A stretch of 58,793 bases of DNA from NCBI GenBank assembly GCA_037439985.1, contig JBBIUZ010000001.1, forward strand, positions 2,002 through 60,794, written 5' to 3'. Position 1 is the stretch's first letter; each line of letters starts with the position of its first letter. The position numbers and the translations under genes were made by a program. This DNA comes from Methanobacteriota archaeon. GTDB taxonomy: Archaea > Thermoplasmatota > Thermoplasmata > UBA10834. The notes under the pieces are model-generated. The model ran no database searches and was not told where the DNA came from. It saw only the letters and a list, made by a program, of their open reading frames with translations. Shown here piece by piece: positions 8,867-18,204 of the stretch.

Positions 8867-9438
8867 CGATGATTCTGATCATCGACAACTACGACTCTTT
8901 CGTCTACAACATAGCGCAGTGTCTGGGCGCGCTCGGCGCCGAGGTGGTCGTCGAGCGCAACGACTCTCCTGAGCTGGACGCGTACCTTGGCAAGGCGGAC
9001 GGATATGTCATATCCCCAGGACCGGGTCATCCCAGGGACGCCAAACGCAGCCTGGATGTCATTGCGAAGGACGGCTATGGCAGGCCAGTGCTCGGTGTTT
9101 GCCTGGGCCATCAGGCCATTGCGATGGTCCACGGCGCAAGTGTGGCGAGGGCGAAGGAGGTCGTCCACGGCAAGCTGAGCAGAATCTCCCACCTCGGGGG
9201 TCATCTCTTCCAGGACGTCCCCAAGGAGTTCCTCGCGACCAGGTACCACTCACTGATCGTGAGCCCTTTCGCCCTGCCCGATTCGATCGACGTTCTCGCA
9301 AGGTCGGAGACGGCCGAGATAATGGCACTCCGCGTGAAGGGCAAGGACATCTATGGCGTCCAATTCCACCCGGAGTCGGTCCTGACGTCCAGCGGTCGCA
9401 AGATTCTGTCGAACTTCCTGAGGATGTGCGAGAGATGA
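8863..9438 (+). CDS. trpG: Anthranilate synthase component II (glutamine amidotransferase)
   Basis: ILIIDNYDSFVYN, GVCLGHQAI (catalytic Cys), and YGVQFHPES. ATGA overlap with trpE. Confidence 0.9.
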   Translation: MTMILIIDNYDSFVYNIAQCLGALGAEVVVERNDSPELDAYLGKADGYVISPGPGHPRDAKRSLDVIAKDGYGRPVLGVCLGHQAIAMVHGASVARAKEVVHGKLSRISHLGGHLFQDVPKEFLATRYHSLIVSPFALPDSIDVLARSETAEIMALRVKGKDIYGVQFHPESVLTSSGRKILSNFLRMCER

Positions 9439-11390
9439 TACGCGACGCGATTTCGCGCGTAGTCGAGGGGGACGGGCTCACGATCGACTCGGCCAGGGAG
9501 GTCATGTCTGAGATGATGGACGGCAAGGCCACCCAGAGCCAGATCGGCTCTTTCGTCACAGCGATGCGCATGAAGGGGGAGACGCAGGCCGAGCTCCTGG
9601 GATTCGTTCTGGCAATGAGGGAGCGGTCCGCGCGGATCGAGGCTCCGCCGGGCTCCGTGGACCTCTGCGGCACCGGCGGGGACCGCTCGGGGACTTTCAA
9701 CATCAGCACCACAGCGTCCTTCGTGGTCGCCGCGGCTGGCGTGCCCGTCGCGAAACATGGCAACACGTCTGTTTCGAGCGGGTGCGGCTCGGCGGACGTC
9801 CTGGGCGCGCTCCGGATACCGGTCGATCTCGACGCCGCGCGAGTGGGCCGCTGCATCTCGGTCTGTGGGTTGGGGTTCATGTTTGCACCAGTGTTCCACG
9901 ATTCGATGAGGAACGTCGCCGGTCCGAGACGCGAGCTCGGTGTCAGGACATTCTTCAACCTTCTCGGGCCCTTGACCAATCCGGCGGGCGTCAAGAACCA
10001 GCTGATAGGGGTCTACGACGCATCAGTGGCCCGAGCGATGGCGGGCGTTCTCAGGGAGACAGGCACCTCGCATGCGATGATAGTCAACGGCTGCGGGTTG
10101 GACGAGTTGTCGACCATCGGGAGGTCTCATGTCGTCGAGGTGGTCGATGGTCGCATAGCCGAGTACGATCTCGACCCCGGCTCGCTCGCGCTAGCATCCG
10201 CTGGCCCTGAGGATCTGAAGGGCGGAGAGCCCGCGGAGAACGCGAGGATCGCGAAGGCGATTCTCAAGGGCGAGCTCTCGGCGCGTTCGGACACTGTTGC
10301 GCTCAACGCGGCCGCCGCCCTGTACGTCGCTGGACGCGCAGCAAGCGTGGAAGAAGGCCTGGACCTCGCGAGAACGACACTCAGGGGCCGCAAGGCCTTC
10401 GGCAAGCTGCAGGAGTTCGCGAGGACCGCAACGTCATTGGATGCGGAGAGACAGATGGCAATGGACCCGCGGCTGCTGGAAGAGACGCGTATCCAGCCCG
10501 ACGTGCTGAAGGCGAGGTCAGGAGAGCTGGCTACAGTGCTGGTGTCCCGGATACTGGACCTCGGAGGGAGCTCCGCTCTGGCATCCATCGACCAGGCCCT
10601 GCTCTCCGAGCCGAGCGTGCTCTCTGTGATCGTCCTGCGAAGGCTGGTCAGGCTCCTCACCAGCGGCGTCGGTGCAGGTGCGAGGGCTTGCCGGCCGCGA
10701 ACCAGCCTGTCACGGTCACTCGCGCCCGGCAGGCTCTCTCTGATCGCGGAATACAAGCCTTCCTCGCCAACCTCGAGGCCTCTTGAAGTCGCCCCGGAGC
10801 CTGCCGTCGCGGCCAAGGTGTACTCCAACGAAGGCGTCGTGGGGATCTCCGTGCTGGTCGAGCCGGATTTCTTCCTGGGCGGCTCGGAGCTCTTCTCCTT
10901 CTTCAGATCGCGATCAGCGAAGCCCATGCTGTACAAGGACTTCGTCGTCACCGAGAGACAGCTCGAGCATGCCGATCGGGTCGGGGCCGATGCCGTTCTC
11001 CTGATTGCGAAGGCCCTCGCGCCCGCCGCGCTAGAATCCCTCACGGGTTCGTGCATATCTCGCGGGATGGAGCCCTTGGTCGAGATTCACGACGAGGGGG
11101 ATCTGGCGAAGCTCATGGCATGCGATTGCTTCGGCTCGATAGATCTCGTCGGCATCAACAGCCGGGACCTCAGGACGCTGGACGCGGACCTGGGATCCAT
11201 CCATCGCCTCCGAGAGCTCGTGCCAGAGGGGAAGAAGCTGGTCGCGGAGAGTGGCGTGAGGACCCCATTGGACCTCCGGCAGCTTCGGGGGTTTGATGCG
11301 GTCCTCATCGGTTCCGCCTTCATGCAGGCCGACGACCTCGGCGCCACGGTCGCCGGAATGGTCGGAGCGTCCAGGAGCGTGGGGCAGTGA
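9435..11390 (+). CDS. trpD-trpC: Bifunctional anthranilate phosphoribosyltransferase / indole-3-glycerol-phosphate synthase (TrpD-TrpC fusion)
   Basis: N-terminal half: DLCGTGGDRSGTFNISTTASFV and GVPVAKHGN (TrpD). C-terminal half: LIAEYKPSSP, MLYKDFVV, LVEIHDE, INSRDL, ESG, LIGSAF (TrpC). A single uninterrupted frame of 651 codons. ATGA overlap with trpG. Confidence 0.85.
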   Translation: MIRDAISRVVEGDGLTIDSAREVMSEMMDGKATQSQIGSFVTAMRMKGETQAELLGFVLAMRERSARIEAPPGSVDLCGTGGDRSGTFNISTTASFVVAAAGVPVAKHGNTSVSSGCGSADVLGALRIPVDLDAARVGRCISVCGLGFMFAPVFHDSMRNVAGPRRELGVRTFFNLLGPLTNPAGVKNQLIGVYDASVARAMAGVLRETGTSHAMIVNGCGLDELSTIGRSHVVEVVDGRIAEYDLDPGSLALASAGPEDLKGGEPAENARIAKAILKGELSARSDTVALNAAAALYVAGRAASVEEGLDLARTTLRGRKAFGKLQEFARTATSLDAERQMAMDPRLLEETRIQPDVLKARSGELATVLVSRILDLGGSSALASIDQALLSEPSVLSVIVLRRLVRLLTSGVGAGARACRPRTSLSRSLAPGRLSLIAEYKPSSPTSRPLEVAPEPAVAAKVYSNEGVVGISVLVEPDFFLGGSELFSFFRSRSAKPMLYKDFVVTERQLEHADRVGADAVLLIAKALAPAALESLTGSCISRGMEPLVEIHDEGDLAKLMACDCFGSIDLVGINSRDLRTLDADLGSIHRLRELVPEGKKLVAESGVRTPLDLRQLRGFDAVLIGSAFMQADDLGATVAGMVGASRSVGQ

Positions 11391-11974
11391 AGGTCAAGAT
11401 ATGTGGCGTGACGAGCCTCGAGGACGCCGCGGCGTGCGTGGCCCTTGGTGCGGACATGATCGGGATCGTCCATGTCCCCGGGCGCATGAGGAGCCTGCCG
11501 GCCGGGAGGATTTCGGAGATATTCGCCTCGCTGGGACAGGGAGCGACAAGAGTCCTTGTGTGTGCTCCTCGCGGCACCGAAGAGGCCATCCACCTGTTCG
11601 AAGCGAGCGGAGCGGATGTGCTCCAGGCGCACTCGCTGGAGCCCGAGGAGATCCTCGATCTCCGCGATGCGGATGTGACGGTCTTCCGCGCGGTCCCTCC
11701 GGACCGCTCCGAAGCGGTGAGATTCGCGGGATCCGTGGACGCCCTCGTATTCGAGGGGGGAACGCCGGGGACAGGCTCGTCCTACGACTACTCCCAGGTA
11801 CCGGTCGACTGCTGCGCGAAGGCGATAGTCTCGGGCGGTCTCACCCCAGAGAACCTGCACATCGCTAGGGCCCTCCATCCGTATGCGCTGGACGTCTCGA
11901 GCGGTGTGGAGTGTTCCCCCGGAAGGAAGGACCGCGGGTTGGTCGCGGAGTTCATCGAGAGGTGTCACAAGTGA
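11387..11974 (+). CDS. trpF: Phosphoribosylanthranilate isomerase
   Basis: [35 protein letters not shown]. The GTG start overlaps the trpD-trpC stop (GTGA). Confidence 0.85.
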   Translation: MKVKICGVTSLEDAAACVALGADMIGIVHVPGRMRSLPAGRISEIFASLGQGATRVLVCAPRGTEEAIHLFEASGADVLQAHSLEPEEILDLRDADVTVFRAVPPDRSEAVRFAGSVDALVFEGGTPGTGSSYDYSQVPVDCCAKAIVSGGLTPENLHIARALHPYALDVSSGVECSPGRKDRGLVAEFIERCHK

Positions 11975-13149
11975 GAGCAAAAGGCTACTTCGGGGATTTC
12001 GGCGGGTTCTACGTGCCTGAGATACTCGTGTCCTCCCTTCAGGAGCTGGACGCTGCCTACGCACGGCTCAAGAACGAGAGGCGTTTCCGCAAGGAGCTGG
12101 ACCATCTGCTCAGGACATATGCGGGCAGGCCCACCCCCCTGTACCATTGCAGGAGGTTGAGCGAGTCGCTCGGTGGCGCGAGGATATACCTCAAGAGAGA
12201 GGACCTCGCGCACACGGGCTCCCACAAGATCAACAACGCCCTAGGACAGGTCCTCCTCGCGAAGCGCATGGGCAAGACGAGGATCACGGCGGAGACGGGC
12301 GCGGGACAGCACGGGGTCGCGACCGCGACGGCTTGCGCGCTCATGGGCCTGGAGTGCGAGGTGTTCATGGGCGAGGTGGATGTCGAGCGGCAGAAGCTCA
12401 ACTGCTACAGGATGAATCTTCTGGGGGCGAAGGTCAGGGTCGTCAGGAGCGGTTCCAGGACGCTCAAGGATGCCATCAACGAGGCGCTGAGGGACTATGC
12501 GGCGACAAGCGACCACACGCACTACGTGATTGGCAGCGTCGTCGGCCCGCACCCGTACCCGACCATGGTCAGGGACTTCCAGTCGGTCATAGGCGTGGAG
12601 GCCAAGGATCAGATCATGAGCGTCGAGGGCCGTCTGCCGGATTCGTTGGTGGCGTGCGTGGGCGGCGGGAGCAACTCGATCGGCCTGTTCCACCCCTTCC
12701 TGGGTGACAAGAACATCGAGATCTACGGAGTCGAGGCCGGTGGGAAGGGCCTGGATAGCGGCCGGCACTCGGCGAGCATATGTGCTGGCTCGGAGGGTGT
12801 CCTCCACGGATTTCGGTCGAAGGTGCTTCAGAACGATGATGGCCAGATACTGGAGACGCACTCCGTGGCCGCCGGGCTTGACTACCCTGCCGTAGGGCCC
12901 GAGCACGCTTTCCTGGAGAGCTCGGGCAGGGTGATGTACAATGCAGTTACCGACGATGAGGCTCTCGGGGCTTTCCACCTGCTGTCCAAGACCGAGGGCA
13001 TCATCCCCGCACTCGAGAGCGCGCACGCTGTCGCGTTTGCGGTCAGCCTGGCTGCGAAGTCCGGAAGCGGTCATTTGATGATCGTCAACCTGTCTGGAAG
13101 AGGGGACAAGGACGTGGGCCAGGTGGCAAAGATGGAGGGGTACATCTGA
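11971..13149 (+). CDS. trpB: Tryptophan synthase beta chain
   Basis: [30 protein letters not shown] (PLP lysine), [14 protein letters not shown]. The GTG start overlaps the trpF stop (GTGA). Confidence 0.9.
   Translation: MRAKGYFGDFGGFYVPEILVSSLQELDAAYARLKNERRFRKELDHLLRTYAGRPTPLYHCRRLSESLGGARIYLKREDLAHTGSHKINNALGQVLLAKRMGKTRITAETGAGQHGVATATACALMGLECEVFMGEVDVERQKLNCYRMNLLGAKVRVVRSGSRTLKDAINEALRDYAATSDHTHYVIGSVVGPHPYPTMVRDFQSVIGVEAKDQIMSVEGRLPDSLVACVGGGSNSIGLFHPFLGDKNIEIYGVEAGGKGLDSGRHSASICAGSEGVLHGFRSKVLQNDDGQILETHSVAAGLDYPAVGPEHAFLESSGRVMYNAVTDDEALGAFHLLSKTEGIIPALESAHAVAFAVSLAAKSGSGHLMIVNLSGRGDKDVGQVAKMEGYI
13134..13148 (+). promoter_or_regulatory. Shine-Dalgarno GGAGG plus putative CTG initiation codon of trpA
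   Basis: GGAGG at 13134-13138, a 7-nt spacer, then CTG at 13146-13148 overlapping the trpB TGA. Confidence 0.5.
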
Positions 13150-13952
13150 ACCGAATCTCGGAGGCCTTCGGAGGTTCGAGCGGCTCCTCGGCCTTCATTG
13201 GGTACGTCTGCGCTGGGGATCCGGACAGACGGTTCACAATGGACCTGATGAGAGTGCTTGACCAGGCAGGCTCAGACATGATCGAGATCGGCATCCCGTT
13301 CTCGGACCCAATCGCGGACGGGCCGGTCATACGGGACGCGATGAATCGCTCCCTCGCCTCTGGATTCAGGATCACGGAGACCTTCGAGATGATATCGGAC
13401 GCGAGGGTCGGCGGCATCGTCAGGCCAATCGTGGTGATGACCTACTACAACCCTGTGCAGAGGATGGGCGTGGAACGCTTCTGCAAACGCCTCGAGGATG
13501 CTGGAGCCGATGCCATCCTTCCGGTGGACCTTCCCTTGGAGGAGTCGGGCGAGCTTGACTCCGCCGCCTCAAGGCACGGACTGGACGTCATAAGGCTGAT
13601 CGCGCCGTCCACGAAGGCCTCGAGGATCGACCTCATCTTGTCCGAGGCGAGGGGGTTCGTCTACGTGGTCTCGGCCGCGGGCACCACTGGGGTCAGGGAG
13701 GACATCCCTCGCTCGTGCGCGGAACTCCTGCGCAAGGTGACGTCCAGGTGCACTGTTCCTGTCGTGCTCGGGTTCGGTATCTCCCGGCCTGAACACGTGC
13801 GTGAAGCGCTCAGTGCGGGCGCGGCTGGCGTCGTCGAAGGCTCCAAGCTGATATCGATCTACTCCCAGGATCTGGCTGACAGGTTCAACAGTCTTGAAAC
13901 GGTTAGGAAGCACGTCATCGATATGAAGGCCGCGGGGACGGTCTCGCACTAG
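13146..13952 (+). CDS. trpA: Tryptophan synthase alpha chain; start assigned to a near-cognate CTG
   Basis: [26 protein letters not shown]...[17 protein letters not shown] matches the TrpA N-terminus, including strand beta1. The first canonical start (ATG 13239) would delete that strand. CTG 13146-13148 overlaps the trpB stop (CTGA) and lies 7 nt downstream of GGAGG (13134-13138). TAG stop. Confidence 0.75.
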   Translation: MNRISEAFGGSSGSSAFIGYVCAGDPDRRFTMDLMRVLDQAGSDMIEIGIPFSDPIADGPVIRDAMNRSLASGFRITETFEMISDARVGGIVRPIVVMTYYNPVQRMGVERFCKRLEDAGADAILPVDLPLEESGELDSAASRHGLDVIRLIAPSTKASRIDLILSEARGFVYVVSAAGTTGVREDIPRSCAELLRKVTSRCTVPVVLGFGISRPEHVREALSAGAAGVVEGSKLISIYSQDLADRFNSLETVRKHVIDMKAAGTVSH

Positions 13953-13983
13953 TTCGTCCCGCCTCGCGGGCACCCAGCGAACG

Positions 13984-13990
13984 TATATAT
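13984..13990 (+). promoter_or_regulatory. TATA box (TATATAT) 24 nt upstream of the FtsX-like gene start (leaderless geometry)
   Basis: The only AT-rich element between the trpA stop and TTG 14015. Confidence 0.4.
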
Positions 13991-14014
13991 CGACGCGGTC
14001 GCCATTTTCTCGCG

Positions 14015-15052
14015 TTGCCAACACCCCGACTGCCGCTCTTCAGGTTCGGCTCCAGGGCGCGGTCCACTAGCTGGGGCATCGCGCTCTGCACCATGTTCAT
14101 AGTCGCGAGCTTCTCGGTCGCAGCGGGGATCAGAAGCTCGACCGAGAACCTTGAGCGCGGCTTCTCGTCGGAGTACTACCTCGTCACGCTCCCAGCGGGC
14201 CACGGCGCGGGCTTCTTCGACCTATCGAGACTCGCCAGCGCGTCCGCCAAGAGCGCGTTCGGTGTGTTCGCGTTCGAGTCGGTCCAGCCCCAGAACATGA
14301 ACATCACCGTGTTCTCGGTCCAGGACCCAAACCATGTCCTCCCCGATTCCATCTCGACGACAGGGAGACTCGTGCTCGCGGGCACGGGCCTCGCTCTCTC
14401 GGGGAATCTGTCGCTCAGGTCCGAGCGCGTGACGGTCGCGGGGAGGTACTCGTCTTCCATGTTTCCCGATGATTGGCTTCTCGGCAGCCCGGAGCTGCTC
14501 CGCTCGCTGACGGGACAGCAAGGGTTCGACTTCGCGGTCGTGCGGTCGCCAACGGCGGCCGACATCGTGGGCATGAGCTCGAACGGCCTCTCCGTGGAGC
14601 CCATGGTCGGCATCGCGCAGTTCCTCGGCTCGGGGATCGGGGAGATCGAGCGGGACATGGCCTGGGTGCTCGTGCCGTCGTCGTTCGTGATCGCGGTCCT
14701 AGCGTACAGCTTCGTGGGCTCGGAGACGGCGGACAGGAGGCACGACATAGGGACAATCAAGACGATAGGCGCAGGCAGGCGCAGGGTGCTCTCCTATCTG
14801 CTTGCCGACGCCGTCATCGTGAGCGCCCGGGGCGGCGCCCTCGGACTCGCCTTCGGGATCGTGCTCTCGTACGGCATCTCGACCCTCGCGGCAGCGATGT
14901 TCACTTCCGTGTTCGTTGTCAGGGCCAGCGGCACCCTCCTCCTGACATCTTTCTCCGTGTCCGTGCTTGCCGGCGTGGCCGGGGCGCTCATACCAGCGAT
15001 CATGATGACCCGGTCGCCGCCCGCGGACGACCTGAAGGAGGTGAGCAGGTGA
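14015..15052 (+). CDS. FtsX/MacB-type ABC-transporter permease-like membrane protein
   Basis: An N-terminal TM helix and an extracytoplasmic domain are followed by the FtsX signature region IGTIKTIGAGRRRVLSYLLADAVIV and 3 C-terminal TMs. TTG start 24 nt downstream of TATATAT. Confidence 0.7.
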   Translation: MPTPRLPLFRFGSRARSTSWGIALCTMFIVASFSVAAGIRSSTENLERGFSSEYYLVTLPAGHGAGFFDLSRLASASAKSAFGVFAFESVQPQNMNITVFSVQDPNHVLPDSISTTGRLVLAGTGLALSGNLSLRSERVTVAGRYSSSMFPDDWLLGSPELLRSLTGQQGFDFAVVRSPTAADIVGMSSNGLSVEPMVGIAQFLGSGIGEIERDMAWVLVPSSFVIAVLAYSFVGSETADRRHDIGTIKTIGAGRRRVLSYLLADAVIVSARGGALGLAFGIVLSYGISTLAAAMFTSVFVVRASGTLLLTSFSVSVLAGVAGALIPAIMMTRSPPADDLKEVSR

Positions 15053-17028
15053 TCCTGATACGCCGCAGGGTGGTGATCGTGGTGGCGCTGTCGATCATGA
15101 TATTCACGGCGACTGCGTCCGTGCTCTCGGGCCTCAGCTCCGCGCCCTCGGCGTTCGCGGCAGACAGCAGGTTCGTTATCTCCGAGACCTCCGCGCCTAC
15201 CATATTCTCTAGCCATGTGAGCCTCGACATGGTCTCCGCGCTGAGGTCCATCCCCAACATAACTGGCGTGAGCCCCGAGATATTCGCGTTCTCGAACTGG
15301 AACGGAGCCTCATTCGTCGTGCGGGGCATCGGGCAGGGGTTCGGGCCCGGTGCGCTCAACCTGAGCTCGGGCAACGCCCTCGTCGGCCATCGATTGCTCG
15401 GGAAGCTGGGGGTCGCGCTCCCATGCCAGCTGCCGCTCGTGGGAAGCTTCTCGTCGAGGATGACCGTGGTCAACGTCGTCGGGTCCGTCGACACGGGGAC
15501 TGCCCTCGACGACGAGCTGCTGGTTCCCATGGACGTCGCGAGGTTCCTGTCCGGCATGCCGAGCGGCGAGGCGTCAGTACTGCTGGTCTCCACGACGAGT
15601 CCTGGCTGGCTCAAGGAGATGCTCTCGCCCGAGAAGGCCAGGTTCGCCCTGTTCGACCTCCGCTCGTCGAGGACGGAGATGGCGCTCGGGCAACCTTTGG
15701 AATTGACCGTGAGCGTGCGCAACTGGGGCGCGAGCCCGGGGTCCGTGCGGGTCATGTTCGCGGACAACGGCTCTGTGCTCGGGCAGAGAATCGTCACGCT
15801 GAACGCGTCCGCATCGACTGTCCTTCAGGAGTCCTTCGGCCTTGCCGGACTGGGAAGGCACTCGATCAAGGCGTCCGTCTCGGGCGACTTCCCGGTCGAG
15901 CTCTTCGCGAACGTGACGGTGGTCGCGCCGTACCTGCAGATCAGCGCTCCCTCGCGCGTCATGCTGGGCTCGGAGTTCAATGTGACCGTCATCAGGTACG
16001 ACGGCTCGGCCGCGGCCGGCGCATCTGTCCAATTCGATAACCAGTCAGCAATCTGTAGCATCGACGGCCGGGCCACTTTCCACGGCCCCCATGCGGGCTC
16101 GTTCGCGCTCCTCGCGTCTCTTGCCGGCTACACGAATGCGTCTGCGGCCGTCGAGGTCGTCGACCCCGCAGCATACTCGCAGGTCTTCCAGCCGAGCATC
16201 GTGTCGTTTTCGATATCCCCGGAGTCGATGAAGGAGTCCGAGACGGCTCATGGGCTCGTGACGGTCCAGAACGGGGGCGCCCTGCCCGGCTCCGTTCTCA
16301 TCCAGGTCCTGGTCGACTCGAAAACCTACGAGACGCTCAACATCTCCCTCGGGGGCATGTCGTCGGGGACCGTCGCATTCGGCATCGACGGCCTGCAGCC
16401 TGGGGCGCACACCGTCCAGGTGGGTTCGTTCTCGGTGGGGCTCTCGGTGGAGCCGTGGTACACCGGCAATCCCGGCCTCGTGCAGCTCGTCATCAGGTAC
16501 GGCGGCTCCATGTCGCTCTCGTCCTCGGCCTCGGTCCCGGTCTATCAGGCGGCGAAGATATCGGAGGGTAACATCTCGGTGGCGCTTTTCTCGATCGGCG
16601 CCGTCTCCGTTCTGCTGGCCGCGCTGGCCATCATATCGGTGTTCTCGAAGGAGATCAGGCAGAGCAGGACGAAGCTGGGCGTGCTCAAGGCAATAGGTGC
16701 GCCGAGGACCGCGATAGGCTCCATCGTCTTCCCCCAGGCGCTCGCGACGGGCCTGGTCGGGGCGCTTGCCGGCATCGTGCTCGGGGTGCTCACGGCCGAG
16801 GGTCTGTCGCGATGGAGCGCATTCTCTCTCTTCGGTCACGAGCTGAACCTCGCCGTCGACCCCGGCCTCCTGGCGGTCGTGCTCCTGGCCGCGGTCGCGA
16901 TCAGCATCGCGAGCGCCCTCGCGTCGACATTGGCGGCGGTCCGCGAGACGGCGATAAGATCGATCAGGTCCCTGGAAGAGGAGGCCGCGGAGCCGGTCGA
17001 CGTCGACCAGCTCCTGGGAGAAGAGTGA
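15049..17028 (+). CDS. Large FtsX/MacB-type permease-like protein with inserted Ig-like (CARDB / carboxypeptidase-regulatory-like) extracytoplasmic modules
   Basis: An N-terminal TM helix is followed by a MacB-periplasmic-like segment (VSPEIFAFSNWNGASFVVRGIG) and about 3 beta-rich repeats (LELTVSVRNWGASPGSVRV..., VQFDNQSAICSIDGRATF..., VTVQNGGALPGSVLIQV...). The C-terminus has FtsX TMs (LGVLKAIGAPRTAIGSIVF). The GTG start overlaps the upstream stop (GTGA). Confidence 0.75.
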   Translation: MILIRRRVVIVVALSIMIFTATASVLSGLSSAPSAFAADSRFVISETSAPTIFSSHVSLDMVSALRSIPNITGVSPEIFAFSNWNGASFVVRGIGQGFGPGALNLSSGNALVGHRLLGKLGVALPCQLPLVGSFSSRMTVVNVVGSVDTGTALDDELLVPMDVARFLSGMPSGEASVLLVSTTSPGWLKEMLSPEKARFALFDLRSSRTEMALGQPLELTVSVRNWGASPGSVRVMFADNGSVLGQRIVTLNASASTVLQESFGLAGLGRHSIKASVSGDFPVELFANVTVVAPYLQISAPSRVMLGSEFNVTVIRYDGSAAAGASVQFDNQSAICSIDGRATFHGPHAGSFALLASLAGYTNASAAVEVVDPAAYSQVFQPSIVSFSISPESMKESETAHGLVTVQNGGALPGSVLIQVLVDSKTYETLNISLGGMSSGTVAFGIDGLQPGAHTVQVGSFSVGLSVEPWYTGNPGLVQLVIRYGGSMSLSSSASVPVYQAAKISEGNISVALFSIGAVSVLLAALAIISVFSKEIRQSRTKLGVLKAIGAPRTAIGSIVFPQALATGLVGALAGIVLGVLTAEGLSRWSAFSLFGHELNLAVDPGLLAVVLLAAVAISIASALASTLAAVRETAIRSIRSLEEEAAEPVDVDQLLGEE

Positions 17029-17034
17029 GCCGCC

Positions 17035-17910
17035 CTACGACACCGTTATCCAGAGATGCAGCTCGCCGTACTCGCGCGGCGTCTTGCCCGCCTCCTGCAT
17101 GTACAGCTGGAAGTCCAGGCGGAAGATGCCCTTGATCGGGAGATGGATCGTCGCCGTGTCGTTCCAGGTCTCCCCTTTGGCGAGCGTCTTGCTGACGGTC
17201 CAGCTGCCGAGGGCGGTCGAGTTCCAGTTCTGGAAAGTGAGGATGAAGACGCGCGTGCCGTCCTCCCCGTTCTTCATGTGCAGTATCAGGGTGATGTTCG
17301 TCCCGACGAGCCTCGTCACGTTGATGTTCGCGCTGTTGTTCCCGTCGGTCATCGCGAAGTAGGTCCTCGAGGGGTACTTGGCCGTGATTATGACCCCGAC
17401 CGAGATGGCCGAGATCACCAGCGCCGTGGCGATCATCGCGACCACCACTCCGTCCACCCTGCTAGGGGCCTCTTCCACCCTCGGCTCCTTGGCCATGGCG
17501 TCGGCGCCCGCGCTACCTCTGTCGGTCTTCAGCCACATCATCTCAGTCAAGACGGCGCCGAGCGAGAAGATTATCAGGGAGGCCTGTGCGGTGGAGGACA
17601 TGAGCCCGATAGGCGTCGCGGCGAGCAGCAGCCCCAGGAATATGACCACGATCACGCTCAGGCCGAGGCTGAGCACGAACTTCGTTTCGGCCGAAGTGGC
17701 CTTCCAGAAGAACAGCCGCACGAGCGTGAACCCCGGCACGAAGAAGATCAGCGGGAGGCCGAGTATGTACGCCAAGGCCGTTCCCGGAAATGCCATGAGC
17801 ACGAGGGTCGCCAGTATGGAGAATGCCGCTATGGCGATCCTCTGACCGTTGTGGCTTTCGAGGAAGTGAAGGAACCTGTCCACGATGTCCTGACCTGGCC
17901 CGGGTTTCAT
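17035..17910 (-). CDS. DUF1616-like archaeal membrane protein
   Basis: Four or five TM helices (FFVPGFTLVRLFF..., LSLGLSVIVVIFLGLLL) plus a C-terminal beta-rich N-x-S/T-dense domain. A TATA-like element lies 25 nt upstream of ATG 17910. The upstream part of the 438-aa ORF is Arg/Pro-rich and non-protein-like. Confidence 0.6.
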   Translation of the reverse strand: MKPGPGQDIVDRFLHFLESHNGQRIAIAAFSILATLVLMAFPGTALAYILGLPLIFFVPGFTLVRLFFWKATSAETKFVLSLGLSVIVVIFLGLLLAATPIGLMSSTAQASLIIFSLGAVLTEMMWLKTDRGSAGADAMAKEPRVEEAPSRVDGVVVAMIATALVISAISVGVIITAKYPSRTYFAMTDGNNSANINVTRLVGTNITLILHMKNGEDGTRVFILTFQNWNSTALGSWTVSKTLAKGETWNDTATIHLPIKGIFRLDFQLYMQEAGKTPREYGELHLWITVS

Positions 17911-17935
17911 GCTCGTCGCGGTAGTTACCGTCCAC

Positions 17936-17945
17936 GGGTATAACT
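17936..17945 (-). promoter_or_regulatory. TATA-like element AGTTATACCC 25 nt upstream of the DUF1616-like gene ATG
   Basis: Same sequence core and spacing as the element upstream of the DUF89 gene. Confidence 0.4.
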
Positions 17946-18204
17946 GTTTGTGCGGGCGAACCTGTGTTGAATGAGCGGGAGTGTGGCATCCGCCTTGTCG
18001 CGTCAGAATCGCAGCAGAGCTTCGACGCGCAAGGGACGCCAAGCTAGGTGGGGCGCCTCCGTGGCGGGGCGAGCTGCGTCCGTGACGCGCCGGTGCTCGG
18101 AGCCTCTCGGGTGGATGATGAATGCCCCTGAATGCTGCCCCTGGGAGCAATATTCTTAAAGAGCTAGACCAATCTCTATTTCTCAGCCCGGAAATGGTGG
18201 AAGC

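Noticed and set aside
9099-9434. N-terminal extension of the 763-aa ORF upstream of the TrpD start
   Set aside because: It overlaps trpG in another frame and is Arg/Gly/Pro-rich. The ATG at 9435 forms the ATGA overlap with trpG and yields a normal TrpD N-terminus.
14473-15048. N-terminal extension of the 851-aa ORF
   Set aside because: It overlaps the first FtsX-like gene out of frame and is Arg/Gly-rich. GTG 15049 (GTGA overlap) gives a proper N-terminal TM helix.
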